DNA of 64,000 nucleotides from Thermoplasmata archaeon (GCA_028864975.1 JAGWLG010000008.1:32001-96000); one strand, 5' to 3'; numbered from the stretch's first letter, positions 45,251 through 55,959 are shown. Notes: generated by a model not told the origin, from the sequence alone. Made by a program: numbers and translations.

Positions 45251-45688
45251 GTGAGCATCGCCGTCATCTCCGAGGGAACCGTCAACTACCTCAGCATCCG
45301 CCCGGTTTTCGACCTGCGGGAGGCGGACACGATTGAGCCCCCCGTCGTCCACCCTCCTGTTCCCTTTCCCCGCGCCTGCCTCACTTGCTTCGGTGAGGGG
45401 CGCCTCCGCCGCAGCGTCATGGCGAAGTTCCTGGACAAGGATGAGCGGTTCTTCAAGGAGTGCCCGGATTGCGATGGGTCGGGTACTGAAGTCACCGCCG
45501 AAGCCCGCGGCCACCCCACCTGGAAGAAGGACTACGTCTGGGCCGGCCGGTCGCCTCACTCGCTGTGCGTGGGATTTGGGTGGTGCGTCGCACCGAAGCT
45601 CAGCATCGCGCCGCCCGGCATGGACCCTCAGCCGTACTATTTTTGTCCAGGCTTGGGCATGCACGAGGACCCGGAGGTTCACCCTTGA
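45251..45688 (+). CDS. CxxCxGxG zinc-finger protein
   Basis: CLTCFGEG and CPDCDGSG. Confidence 0.6.
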   Translation: MSIAVISEGTVNYLSIRPVFDLREADTIEPPVVHPPVPFPRACLTCFGEGRLRRSVMAKFLDKDERFFKECPDCDGSGTEVTAEARGHPTWKKDYVWAGRSPHSLCVGFGWCVAPKLSIAPPGMDPQPYYFCPGLGMHEDPEVHP

Positions 45689-45966
45689 CCTTCACCGCGA
45701 CCCGCGTGGACCACCTCTCCCAGTTGGCCCCGGGGACCTGGTGCCCCGTCAAGACGTCCGGTGGCAAGCGCACCGCCGCGTTCTGCTGCCCCAACGGGCA
45801 CAAGCTCGCGCTCACCGCTCACGCGATTCTTCCGACCGGCCAAGCGTTCGTCACCGCGGACGTCGTGTCCAAGGAGACCGAGGTGGGACTGCTCATCGGC
45901 ACCGTCCCCAGCGTCTCGTGCCCCAAGTGTGAGTTCTACGACTCCGTCGTCCTCAAGGGGTGGTGA
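45685..45966 (+). CDS. DUF6527-like small protein
   Basis: PGTW...CCPNGH...PSVSCPKCEFYDSVVLKGW, paralogous to 43183. Confidence 0.55.
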   Translation: MTFTATRVDHLSQLAPGTWCPVKTSGGKRTAAFCCPNGHKLALTAHAILPTGQAFVTADVVSKETEVGLLIGTVPSVSCPKCEFYDSVVLKGW

Positions 45967-45967
45967 G

Positions 45968-46357
45968 ATGGGCGTCGGAATGCCCGGCAGCATCTGGCTC
46001 GACGAGTTCGGCTGCATCCTGAACGATGCGTTCGGGACCATCCCCTACCTCGTCGGCTCCGCCCTCGAAAAGAAGGAGGGGTGGCGAGACGTGGATGTCC
46101 GTGTTCTTCTCAGCAAGGAGGAGTGGGACCGGTGGCAGTTCGGAGACCCGGAGCGCGTCCGCTCCAACAGCCGGTGGGTCGCCGTCGTCCTGGCGTTCTC
46201 GGCGCTCGGGCAACGGATGACCTCATTGCCAATCGACTTCCAACCCCAACTCGCGGAGTGGGCCAACGCGAAGTTCCCCCGGCCCCGTAGCGCCCTGGGG
46301 ATAGCCTACCTGTCCCGCTTCCGAGAGGTCGAACCGGAGGTGGCGGCACGGCCATGA
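45968..46357 (+). CDS. Minimal nucleotidyltransferase (Pol beta-like)
   Basis: YLVGSA...RDVDVR is the GS...DxD motif. Confidence 0.7.
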   Translation: MGVGMPGSIWLDEFGCILNDAFGTIPYLVGSALEKKEGWRDVDVRVLLSKEEWDRWQFGDPERVRSNSRWVAVVLAFSALGQRMTSLPIDFQPQLAEWANAKFPRPRSALGIAYLSRFREVEPEVAARP

Positions 46358-46735
46358 ACGACCCTGCGTACTGCATCAGCACGGGGGGCCACCAGTACGT
46401 GACCACCTCGACCCTCAAGCAGCAGCATCCGCCGCCGAGCTACTACCCGGGGTTCATTTTCTACACCGTCCTCTCCTGGTGGGAGACGGTCACCCGCTGC
46501 ATCTATTGTGGGGTCGAATCTTGAAGGCCACCATCCACTCCGGCCACGGCCTTGCATCGGCAACCGAAGGGGACCGCCTCCTCGCCGAACTCGCCAGGTA
46601 CGGCGTGGATGAGGAGATGGTGAACATGGCGACCGGCGTGACGAACTTCGCCCTGGTCCTCAACGGGCGCCCCCAGCAAACTTGGAAGATGACGGCTGAG
46701 CATTGGCTGGAAGACCTGCGCGCGGGGAGGCTCAG

Positions 46736-47230
46736 ATGAGCGAGCCCGAGCCCACGAGGTCCGCCCGGCCCCGCACCGAAATCCTCAACGGCTGGACCCA
46801 GGTCGAGGGGGACTTCCTCGCGGTGTACCGGGTGACCAAGACCTTGCGCCCCCTCGTCCCGGGTAAAGCGGGGCGGCCCCGGAAGTGGCTCCCCAAGGAC
46901 GTCAGCGACGTCCGCCGCCGCTGGGCCGAGGGTCAGACCTGGCCGCTGATTCGCTCCGCGACCGGTATCCCCCTCAAGACCATCGGAGCGATGCTGGACC
47001 GGAACGGACAGTACAAGGAGGTGGGAGAGTGGTTTGAGCCGCTCACCCCGCGGCGCTCAAGGAAGTCTCAGGAGAGGCCGTCGGCTGGTCCAGGTGCACC
47101 AGCGCCAACTGACGCTCCGGCTCCTCCCGAAGCACCGACGTCATCCCCGAGAGGACCAGGTGCGCCTCCCGGACCCCGCCCCGACCCACCCAACGAAGCT
47201 CCACCGCCTCGAACCGAGACACCAGTCTGA
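46736..47230 (+). CDS. Possible HTH DNA-binding protein
   Basis: GRPRKW followed by TWPLIRSATGIPLKTI. Confidence 0.45.
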   Translation: MSEPEPTRSARPRTEILNGWTQVEGDFLAVYRVTKTLRPLVPGKAGRPRKWLPKDVSDVRRRWAEGQTWPLIRSATGIPLKTIGAMLDRNGQYKEVGEWFEPLTPRRSRKSQERPSAGPGAPAPTDAPAPPEAPTSSPRGPGAPPGPRPDPPNEAPPPRTETPV

Positions 47231-47597
47231 CCAACGTCCCGCGCCAGCGGCTCCGGTGCGCATCCACCACGTTCTTGTAGTCCGTCTCCACCACGACCCG
47301 GCTACTCCGCGCCCGGTCCCCGAGTTCCCCGTGGAGCCACTCCAGAGCCTCGTAGATGGCCCGCCGCTCGAAGAGCGTCGAGCGGGGCGCCTCCCTGGAC
47401 CTACCCATCTTCCCGATGCTCACCGTGCGCCCCGGGAGCCTCGCCACGAACGCCCAGCCGGCCAGGTGCCCCGGCTCCCCGTTCTTCTCGGTCCTTACCG
47501 AGCCGTCGGTCACGACGGTCACGGTCGTTCCGCTCAACGTCGCGCCCGCCGTCGCTGGTGCCTCGGAATATACGGCGCCGCTGTCCCCGTCGGACAT
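47043..47597 (-). CDS. RNase H-fold protein
   Basis: VTDGS...GWAFV, FERRAIYEAL, ETDY and ELRWVGR. The fourth acidic residue appears replaced by His (REAH). Confidence 0.7.
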   Translation of the reverse strand: MSDGDSGAVYSEAPATAGATLSGTTVTVVTDGSVRTEKNGEPGHLAGWAFVARLPGRTVSIGKMGRSREAPRSTLFERRAIYEALEWLHGELGDRARSSRVVVETDYKNVVDAHRSRWRGTLVRLVSRFEAVELRWVGRGGVREAHLVLSGMTSVLREEPERQLALVHLDQPTASPETSLSAAG

Positions 47598-48154
47598 TGG
47601 TGCTCTATCCCGTTCAACTCGGTCGTCTTGAACAGCAGCGGACCCCGACCGTAGGCCATGACCCCACGACCACACGTCGGGCAGGCCATGTGCGCCGCCC
47701 ACTCCTGGTCCGGGCCGATGTCCTTCGGGACCTCTGGCTCCGGCGCCGGTTGGACCGGCGAACTTCCCACCGTCACCCGCGCTGTCGCGGCCCTCGCCGC
47801 TTCCGCTTGCCGTCTCTCCTGGCTCATCTGCTCGATGAATCTCGCGTACCATTGGCCGTTCTGACTCCCCAACAGGTCGTCCATGAAGTCCTGCATCGTC
47901 GCCGCCGGCTCCGGGGTCCTGCGCTCCGCGGTCCCCCATCCGTTCACCAGCAGCATCCGCTCCGCCGCCGATGCGCTCTCGATTCTCTCCACGGCCTCGT
48001 TCAGCGCCACCATCTTCCCGTGGTTGTCCTCGGTGTCGCCGGCGAGGTCCGGGTGCACCGCGCGAACCTTGGTCCGGTAGGCCTTCCTGACCTCCTTCTC
48101 CGTGGCCGAGGGCTTCAACCCCAGCAACCGGTAGGCCTCTTCGAGGGTGACCAT
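47534..48154 (-). CDS. J-domain (DnaJ-like) protein with C-terminal Zn ribbon
   Basis: AYRLLGL...VRKAYR...HPD...LNEA. Confidence 0.85.
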   Translation of the reverse strand: MVTLEEAYRLLGLKPSATEKEVRKAYRTKVRAVHPDLAGDTEDNHGKMVALNEAVERIESASAAERMLLVNGWGTAERRTPEPAATMQDFMDDLLGSQNGQWYARFIEQMSQERRQAEAARAATARVTVGSSPVQPAPEPEVPKDIGPDQEWAAHMACPTCGRGVMAYGRGPLLFKTTELNGIEHQCPTGTAAPYIPRHQRRRARR

Positions 48155-48934
48155 CTACATCCCTGCGACCGCTGCCACGCGCCGCCTGGCATCCCGCACG
48201 TACTTCGAGGAGATGTCGATTCCGACCCACCTGCGCCCGAGCGACCTGGCGACCGCCGGCGTTGTCCCGGTCCCCACCCACGGGTCGCACACGACCATTC
48301 CCGGGTAGCAGAGGAACTTCACCAGCCGGTAGACCAGCTTCTCGGGGAAAGGACACGGGTGCCCCAGCTTCCTCCCCTCCGGGTTGATGTGCCAGAAGCC
48401 GTCCGACCAGTGCTTGAACTCGTCACCGGTGATGTCGGCGGGGTGACCGTTCGGCTCCAGGCGGCGCGAGCGGTTGTAGAACACCTGAACGTGCTCCCAA
48501 CTGTAGACGAAGCACGGGCTCGACGGTTGCTTCCACGAGCCCCAGGCGGTGCGCTTGTAGATTTGCTGCTTGTACCAGAGCACCTCTCCGAAGGGCTTCC
48601 ACCCGGCGAGCACCGCGGCGCGGTGGCAGTCATGCTGAATTGCCCAGTACCCCGACTTTGCCCTCCCTCCCCGGACGTTGACTCCGGCGGGGATGTTCAG
48701 CGCGAGTCTCCCCCCCACGACGGTCGCCCTACGTAGCTCTCGGAGTGTGCGGGTGAGCATCGTGAGGTAGTCTCGGTACGGGAGGTCGTCGGAGTAACCG
48801 GCGTACGGCTGGCCGATGTTGTAGGGGGGAGAACAAACGGTCAGGTGCACGAATGGCCCTCCCGCCTTCTTGCGCAGGTCCGGAAGCACCTCTGTCGCGT
48901 CACCACGGTAGATTCGGTCTAGAACGTCCGTCAT
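48155..48934 (-). CDS. Beta-class N4/N6 DNA methyltransferase
   Basis: SPPYN precedes HPCPFP...VCDPWVGTGTT. Confidence 0.9.
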   Translation of the reverse strand: MTDVLDRIYRGDATEVLPDLRKKAGGPFVHLTVCSPPYNIGQPYAGYSDDLPYRDYLTMLTRTLRELRRATVVGGRLALNIPAGVNVRGGRAKSGYWAIQHDCHRAAVLAGWKPFGEVLWYKQQIYKRTAWGSWKQPSSPCFVYSWEHVQVFYNRSRRLEPNGHPADITGDEFKHWSDGFWHINPEGRKLGHPCPFPEKLVYRLVKFLCYPGMVVCDPWVGTGTTPAVARSLGRRWVGIDISSKYVRDARRRVAAVAGM

Positions 48935-48958
48935 TTCAGTAGGCCTGACCCGTTCGGC

Positions 48959-49537
48959 TCAACGCTCATCCTTCATCCTCCCTGTTCCCCCGGTACCGTG
49001 GAACTGAAGTACCTTTTCCTGGCGACGGCCAAGGTCCTTGGTGCGAGCGGGCTCGCGCTCTCCCTCTACCTTGCCGCGACCGGCCACGACCTCTTGCTCG
49101 ACGTCGCCGCGACCATCATGCTCCCCTTCGCCGGGTGGACGCTCTACGACACTAGCCGTTGTCTGCTTCGGGTCCTGCGTCACGGTGAACCTCACTAGGT
49201 TGTCCTCGTCCTTGGCGAATCCCAGAGCGTTCTCCGGGTTGCAGAGACCCATCCGGAAGTCCTCCTTCCTGAAGGAGATGAGCCGGTCGATGGCCTTCCA
49301 CTCCCTGAGCCCGATACGTTTCATCGCCGCGTGGAGAGTCTCGTGGTTCAACAGGCGGACGAGGTCTCGGACCATCCCTTTCGGGTCCGCCGCGTAGAAC
49401 TCCATGTACCCGTTGCCCGGGGACAGAACGATGGTGTCCGGGTCGTCTGTGTAGACCATTCCGGTGACTCGCTTCCCCTTCCAGCGGAGGGGACGTTTCG
49501 CCAGGCGCAGGCCGATGGGTGGGCGCTGGTTACCCAT
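48959..49537 (-). CDS. HExxH metallopeptidase-like protein
   Basis: LNHETLH. The 3' part overlaps a possible small + strand membrane ORF (48998-49198). Confidence 0.5.
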   Translation of the reverse strand: MGNQRPPIGLRLAKRPLRWKGKRVTGMVYTDDPDTIVLSPGNGYMEFYAADPKGMVRDLVRLLNHETLHAAMKRIGLREWKAIDRLISFRKEDFRMGLCNPENALGFAKDEDNLVRFTVTQDPKQTTASVVERPPGEGEHDGRGDVEQEVVAGRGKVEGEREPARTKDLGRRQEKVLQFHGTGGTGRMKDER

Positions 49538-50013
49538 CAGGCCCGCCTCAGTTCCGCTCGAAGGTCCTTGAGCATTGCCCCGAGCATGTTCTTTCCGTCG
49601 CCCTTCTTCCCGATTCCCCAAAAGGCGTCGGTCTTTGATGCCTCGACCAGTGGCGCATCGCCGGTGTCGAGGAGCTTTGCCTTCAACCGCGCGTCCGAGA
49701 ACTTCGCCCGAAGGACCTGGTTCATCCAGTCCACCTTCTTCTCGCTCCACCCTGGTACAACGTCGAACGGGAACAGACCGTGCCCCAGAATCGCTGCGGA
49801 CCGGGGGAGCGACGTCGTCAGGATGTCCGCCCTCATCCGTGGGTCTCTTGCTTTCGCCCACTGGTAGGCGTGCTCCGCGGACGCCGCTAGGATGAACGTG
49901 AACTCCTCCTTGGTCCAGGCCGGGATGTCAACCTTCACCGCGCACGGGTAGAGGTTCGACAGGAAGCCGTACTCGCCGGCGGCTCGGTAGAACTGGATGG
50001 GCTCGCTGGCCAT
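49537..50013 (-). CDS. NADAR (YbiA-like) family protein
   Basis: FY...FLSN...SAEHAYQ.AK...W...M...L.AKF...LL.TG...L.EAS..D.FWG.G...G.N.LG. Confidence 0.9.
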   Translation of the reverse strand: MASEPIQFYRAAGEYGFLSNLYPCAVKVDIPAWTKEEFTFILAASAEHAYQWAKARDPRMRADILTTSLPRSAAILGHGLFPFDVVPGWSEKKVDWMNQVLRAKFSDARLKAKLLDTGDAPLVEASKTDAFWGIGKKGDGKNMLGAMLKDLRAELRRA

Positions 50014-50962
50014 ATTCACCCGTGCATCGGCGGCCCCGGGGGCCTCGGCTTCAGGTCCTCGGTACGGTGGGCGTAGACGTACATCGGGTCCGGCTCGTTG
50101 GGGTCGATGGGCTTGTCCTCAACCATGCATCCGGTCCTCCAGTTGCAGCCGCCGCTGTAGCGTCGCCACGACATACTCCAGCCCGGCCCGGGGAAGGTCC
50201 GTCGCTACCGCCAGAATCAACTGCTCCTCCAGGGCTGCCTTCGTGGCCTTGGTGTGCGGCCAGGCCTGGGACGTCGTGACGACGTGAGTGACCCCGGTCG
50301 AATCCTTCCACGTATGAGCGATGGCGGCGAGCATCGGCCCCGCCAGGTCCACTGGCTCCAGTCCTCTCTCCTTTCGGTACGCGGCGACAGCGGCCTGGAG
50401 GTTCCGGTGGAACTCCTCGCAGTAGGGCTTGCAGGTGTCCCCTTCGTTCTTCTCCCCCTCTTCAGCCATGCATGCTCACCCCGCTCTTGCTCTCCATGAC
50501 GACCTTGTCCCCTGCCTCGATGGCACCGGCGACCGTGGCCAAGACCGCCCCCCGGACCTCCGGGGTCATGCTCACCAGCAGCGAGGCCGCGAGCAGACCG
50601 AACGTGTCGTCACTCCCTTCCCCTGGAGCCGCGAGCCGACCCATCCATGACCTCCCGCCCGGGTCCTTCCGGATGCACACGATGGCGTACGTCGCGTCGT
50701 TCATCCCCTCCCCGTTCTCTGGGTACCCCTTGCACACCGCCTCCAGTAGATTGTGCGCGACCTGCCTCACCTTCCTCGTCATCTTCTCGTCCAGTTCCAC
50801 ACTGGCGTCGGTCACGGTTGCCTCTGACATCGTACCTCCGTTCGCTCTTGCGCTTCCTTCAGAATCGTTGCTGTCAGTTCCCATAGTTCCGTTCCACCGG
50901 CGAGGCGCCCCAGCGCCGCGCCGACCTTGAGCCCCACGCCCACTCCTTGGACGAAGTCCGTG

Positions 50963-51682
50963 TCACCGGCCTTCCTGGCCCTGTCCAGGGCTTCCCTGAG
51001 CCTCCGGCACTCGTACAGCACCGTTTCCCGGGCCGTTGGCGGGAGCCCGGTGAGCAGCGGAGCGAGGTCTGCGTCGGACGCGGCCACGGCCCCCTGAGCG
51101 CCCCTGGTTCTTCAAAGGTTCCTCCAAAAATGGCCTCATCAACGGTTTCCTCAAAGGTTTCACCCCCTTCGGCCTCTTGATGGGGTCCCCGCTCCGGTCC
51201 CGCCACGACGTCTTCCACCCCCGGTCCGTCAACTGCCAGCAGCAGAAGTAGCCCGGCTGCCCCTTCGACCTCGCTCGCCAGGCCCAGACATCTATCCGGG
51301 CCCGGTCGTTGGCTCTCGGGGCCGGCATGTTTGCCTCCCGCATCACCTTCAGCACCTTCGCCCTCCGGTGCGACCCGTTGGAGTACTCCGTCGCCTGGAT
51401 GAGCCAGATGACCGGCCCCCGGTTCGAGCGCTGGAAGTTGAGCCCCCCCAGGTCGAAGGCCTTCCACAGGTCTTCCTGGATGGGCATGAAGACGAACGGT
51501 GGGGGTTTCTGCCCCGGCTTCGACCGGGCCCTGGCGATGGACCAGTACCGCGGGTGACCCCTCGGGATGAGGGCGTAGGCTTGCCGAGCCTGGTGGACCC
51601 AGTAGTCCTGGCCCTGCAACCAGCGACGGACCCGACCGGCTATCTCGTTGCCCTTCTTCCGGGCCCGGCTACGCTTGCCCAC
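50963..51682 (-). CDS. Putative PD-(D/E)xK-like nuclease (resolvase-like)
   Basis: DLWKAFDL...IWLIQAT..SN pattern. Confidence 0.45.
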   Translation of the reverse strand: MGKRSRARKKGNEIAGRVRRWLQGQDYWVHQARQAYALIPRGHPRYWSIARARSKPGQKPPPFVFMPIQEDLWKAFDLGGLNFQRSNRGPVIWLIQATEYSNGSHRRAKVLKVMREANMPAPRANDRARIDVWAWRARSKGQPGYFCCWQLTDRGWKTSWRDRSGDPIKRPKGVKPLRKPLMRPFLEEPLKNQGRSGGRGRVRRRPRSAAHRAPANGPGNGAVRVPEAQGSPGQGQEGR

Positions 51683-51812
51683 TGGTCACCCGAGCCTTCC
51701 GGCGAGGCTTGCAGCGGCGGTTGAAGTGGCGGTAGTAGTTCAGCCCCCGCGTCACGAGCACGGCTCCACATCGGGGGCATTTCCACGGCGGCTTCTTGCT
51801 CGGATACATCGC

Positions 51813-52631
51813 TCAGCCCCTCGGGAACTCCCGCCAGAGTCTTCCGTCCAGCAGCGCAGCGTCGCCGCCACGCTTGTCCGTCGGTCCGCCCAACTGCTTC
51901 AGAAAGAAGGGCACCTTGGCCGTCGTGCACTGGTCTCTCAACGACCTCACCCAGTTCAGGTCCATCGGCTGCGCACCGCGCCCCGACTGCCCCCCGGTGA
52001 TGACCCAGTGCAGATTGGGTAGGTACTTCGTCAGGTCCAGCGCACCCAGCAGCGGCTCGCACGAGAGGAACATCACCTGGGCTCCCGTGCTCAGCAACGG
52101 CGGGATGCGCGCCTCCGCCCAACGCTGGGTCTCGACACTCGTCCCGAGCCACAGGTTCTCCGGTAGCTCGTCGTGCACCTCGGTGTACTTCCTCACGTAG
52201 CGGAGCATGATGGCCGGCCTCTTGGTCAGCACTAGGTAGACGTGCTGGGGCGTCCGTCGGATGACTGTGAGCACGCTGTCGATGAACTCGAAGGGGACCA
52301 GGTGGTGGAAGAGGTCGCTCATCGAGTTAATGAACACCCCCGACGATTCCTTCCACTTCTCCGGGAGAAGCAGTCTCTCCGGGTGCAGCCTCACGTTGAA
52401 CTTGGCGTTCTCCTCGGTCCACTCGCGGTACGGCTCACCGTACCACTCCGTGTTGAACCGGTAGTGCAGCATCTCGGCGTAGCAGGCACCGCCCTCTTCG
52501 AGCCCCTCCGGGCCCTTGCCGCAACCCTCGGAGACCCGCGAGCAGCCCGTTACCGGGTTCCAGGACCTGCCCTTGAACACCGTCCCGTCGGGTCGGTGAA
52601 TCCAGGTCCATTCGATTTTTGTGTCGGTCAA
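51813..52631 (-). CDS. DUF5131 (phage Gp37/Gp68) radical-SAM-like protein
   Basis: TKIEW, WNPVTGCSRVSEGC...CYAE, FINSMSDLFH, LTKRP and WVITGGQSG. Confidence 0.9.
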   Translation of the reverse strand: MTDTKIEWTWIHRPDGTVFKGRSWNPVTGCSRVSEGCGKGPEGLEEGGACYAEMLHYRFNTEWYGEPYREWTEENAKFNVRLHPERLLLPEKWKESSGVFINSMSDLFHHLVPFEFIDSVLTVIRRTPQHVYLVLTKRPAIMLRYVRKYTEVHDELPENLWLGTSVETQRWAEARIPPLLSTGAQVMFLSCEPLLGALDLTKYLPNLHWVITGGQSGRGAQPMDLNWVRSLRDQCTTAKVPFFLKQLGGPTDKRGGDAALLDGRLWREFPRG

Positions 52632-53230
52632 GGCGCTGGTGCCTCCACGACCCCCGTCCTGTCCACGGAGACCCCGGCCTGCGTCGCCCGGATGACCTCT
52701 CTACCCTTCCACTGGTCCACGAGACCCTGGAAGTGGACGACGAGCAGCACAATCCTGCTTACATCCGTCGGAAGAGGTGGGGTCCGGAAGTCCGCGCAGA
52801 TGGGCACCAGGTTCTTCGGTAGCTCCCACCCGAGTTCCTTGAGCCCGTCGGCCAAGGTCTCGGGCACAATCTCGACCGCGTAGACCTTCCGGCACACCTC
52901 CGCCGCCAGCACCGCGAACGCGAGGTTCCCGGCACCGGCGTCCAGCACGACGTCCCCGTGCCGCAGGAGCTTCAGCGCCGGTTCGTAGTTGAACGACTCC
53001 GGAGCCCACATCCGAACCGGACCGTTCAGCACGCTCCGTGATTCCCAGAACCGCCGCTGCGCTGCAAGCTCCTCCTTCTTGCCGGGTCGAGGCTCGTGCC
53101 AAGCGACCGCGCTAGGATAATACTGCCGGAGCAACCGCTTTGCCAGCGGCCAGTTCGCCATCTTGCCGATAGGTCCTTCCTCCAGCTTCTGGAGCTTGAT
53201 GTCGCCCCAGCCCCCCTTCTCTGCCTCCAT
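52628..53230 (-). CDS. Class I SAM-dependent methyltransferase
   Basis: VVLDAGAGN...VYAVEI...ADF. Confidence 0.75.
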   Translation of the reverse strand: MEAEKGGWGDIKLQKLEEGPIGKMANWPLAKRLLRQYYPSAVAWHEPRPGKKEELAAQRRFWESRSVLNGPVRMWAPESFNYEPALKLLRHGDVVLDAGAGNLAFAVLAAEVCRKVYAVEIVPETLADGLKELGWELPKNLVPICADFRTPPLPTDVSRIVLLVVHFQGLVDQWKGREVIRATQAGVSVDRTGVVEAPAP

Positions 53231-53998
53231 CACGGTCCGTGCTTCTCCTCCACCTTCAGATTCCCGTCCGGGGTGAACCAGATGCGCTCCTCCTTCTTGC
53301 CGTGGAAGAGCCGGACCAGGACCCCGGGCCCGTGGTCCTCCCGGTAGGTCAGGATGGCGTGACCAGCCTGCCCCTTCACCGCGAACTGGACCTCCCGAAC
53401 GTCGGTCAGGTGCATCGCCCGTTGCTCTTTCCGCGGCCACTCCCCAACCGTGAGCGTCGCGACGGCGCCGTGCTTCTTGTCGGTCACGCTCGTTGCCTCC
53501 GCTCTCGCTCGGGCAGGTGCTGTATCGACGACGAGTAGAGGTCCCACTCCTCCGCCTTGTGTCCCGGTTTCGCGTCGAACAGGACCGTGACTTCCGGGTC
53601 TTCCAAGTGTCGCACGCTCAGTACCTTTCCCGTCCTCACCGGCCAGTTCTCCGGTTCCATGGCCACCATCTGCGGGGCCAGTCTGAACCTATCCCCTCGC
53701 TTCCAGGGCTTCGGCCTCGTCATCACTTCCTGCTCTCTTCGACCCACGCCTTCGCTTGGGCCCAAGGACAGTCGTCGGCGTGCTTGAACTCCTCCGGCTT
53801 GAACGTGATGGCGTTCCCCCCGGTGCGCGCAGTTCCCGGACAGTACCGACAAAGGTACCCGTGCACCAGTTCCGTCGGGATGAACCCGATGAACCCCACC
53901 GGCTCGAAGTGGATTCTCCCTCCACCTCCGACCTCGGCGACGAGCGGGTTGGCCTCGGCGAACTTCTCTAGAATGCTCACGGGGTTGTTCTGCGCCAC

Positions 53999-54499
53999 TT
54001 ACCTTGCCTCCAGGACCACCCAGGCGCGACTGTCCTTCTTCTGAACCTTGAACTCTCCGATTTCGATGGGCGGAGAGACCCGGATGAATGTCACGTAGTC
54101 GTACCCGGGCTCGTTGAACTTCTCCTCGACCGCACGCCGCGTCGCCGTGTCCATCACGTCGATGGTGGTCCAGATGTCCTCGTGGAACCCGATGCCCGGC
54201 GCCCTCGCGTCCGAGACCACGCGGAGCACCCTCGATGCCCGGTGTCCTGTTCCCCCGACCGGTTTCCAGATGACGACGTCATCCTTCTTCACTCGTCCGT
54301 ACGGCGCGGCCTTCACCTTCGTCACCCTGGTCTCCCAGACCTTCGTCCCGTCGAGGAGGTTCTGGTAGTGTGGCGCCCGCATGATGGCGAGGTGCGCCTT
54401 GACACCGGACTTCCCGTAGCCGAGGCGCTTCAGGGCCCGGCGATTCCCGGGGGAGAGGTGCCACTTGAGCGGGGATGCGCTGGAATCTGTCAAGGCCAC
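53999..54499 (-). CDS. ASCH domain protein
   Basis: HLAIMRAPHYQNLLDGTKVWETR...PYGRVKKDD. Confidence 0.75.
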   Translation of the reverse strand: MALTDSSASPLKWHLSPGNRRALKRLGYGKSGVKAHLAIMRAPHYQNLLDGTKVWETRVTKVKAAPYGRVKKDDVVIWKPVGGTGHRASRVLRVVSDARAPGIGFHEDIWTTIDVMDTATRRAVEEKFNEPGYDYVTFIRVSPPIEIGEFKVQKKDSRAWVVLEAR

Positions 54500-54656
54500 C
54501 TCCCGCGAGTGACCCCGCCGAGTCTTCTGACCTTCGCTTGGAGCCTGCGGACTTTTCGTTCCAGCCGGTCCCGTTCTTCGTGTAACCAGAGGTAGTGCTC
54601 CCGCGTGTTAGAGTGGAGGTTACAGCACGCCGTGAATGGCTTGGGCTTCTTCCAGG

Positions 54657-55016
54657 TCATCGGGGCGCCTCCCGAGCCAGCATCTTTCTCTCGACCTTCG
54701 CCATCTTCTCTGCCCAGGCCAGAGCGAAGTCCTCTCGGGACACCCCGAGTCTCTGAACGAGGATGGTGATGTAGGCCTGGACGTCTGCAATCTCTTCCAG
54801 CATCCGGGTCATGTCGAGTGGAACCGTCCCCCGTGTTCCATCGTGGTCGGCACGCTTGATGAGGTCCGCCACCTCACCGACCTCCGACACCAACGATACG
54901 AGGTAGTGGGAGAGGTCACCGTGTGGTCCCCAGAACTTCGTCTGAAGCCGCTCGGTCTCGTCCCAGACCTCATCCAGTGAGATGGGCTGGCCCGACTTGC
55001 GCTGCGCCTCAGCCAT
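54657..55016 (-). CDS. MazG-like NTP pyrophosphohydrolase
   Basis: SEVGEVAD...EEIADV. Confidence 0.8.
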   Translation of the reverse strand: MAEAQRKSGQPISLDEVWDETERLQTKFWGPHGDLSHYLVSLVSEVGEVADLIKRADHDGTRGTVPLDMTRMLEEIADVQAYITILVQRLGVSREDFALAWAEKMAKVERKMLAREAPR

Positions 55017-55959
55017 CGTCTCCCTCCTGGGCCGCGAGCGCCACGTCGAGCGTGTAGCACTGTTCGTGGACCCTTCCCTCGCCTCTCCCGGTCACCGGCT
55101 TCCCGCACACGATACACGGCTCTGGCTGCTTCTTCGCGCTCATCTCTTCTTCCTCGGGTCGAAACTGTCGATGATGAACTGCGCGTTCGCCTCGGCCACC
55201 GCCTGGGCGTCCTCTCCGTCCCTGACCTCGTCGATGAGCACCCGGATGAACTCCCCGGGGTCTTCCTTCACGCTCAGCACGAGCCACCCCGGGGTGCACT
55301 CCTCCGCATCCCTGTTCCTCTCCAGCGGACCTTCAGTTCTCGTCGTCACCATCGTCTCGCTCTCCTCTTCGGCGGCTCCCGGTAGTTGCGAATCTGGTCC
55401 AGGCTCACCGGCCTTCCCCCGAGCGTCGCCGCGTGCGCGTCGCGCCGCTGCTGGAACTTCCTCGCCGCTCTGCCCCACTTGTCCTTGGGGCTCGGCGAAC
55501 TGTCGTCCTTCTTCTCCGGCGGCGGCTGGACCTTCGGGCACCGACACTGGTCCGGCGGGTAGTGACACTTGACGCACTCGTCCTCCATCAGCCGGAGGTT
55601 CTTTACCAGGCGACGACCGCAGCGGCAGAGGTTCTCCGACATGGCTCAGTAGTGGACCTTGTAGCCCCGTCGGCTCTCCCAATCGCCCCACCCGTTCTCT
55701 CCTGCGCTCACCCAGGCCTGCTCGCTAGACCCCTCGAACTCCCTTGCGAGAATCTTCGCCGCGCCCTCCACCGGCACCTTGTGCCAGCCCGTCAGGTGGC
55801 CGAGCAGGCTCCACGGGCCGTACCGCGCCCAACTCCCCGCGCACCAGGCGCAGGTGATGGTGGACGCGAGGTGCACCGCCAACTGGTTCAGCTTCTCGAT
55901 GGTCTCCGCGTCCAGTTGACTCTTCGGCTCCGTCCCCGGGGCCGCGGTGTTCTCCGCGC

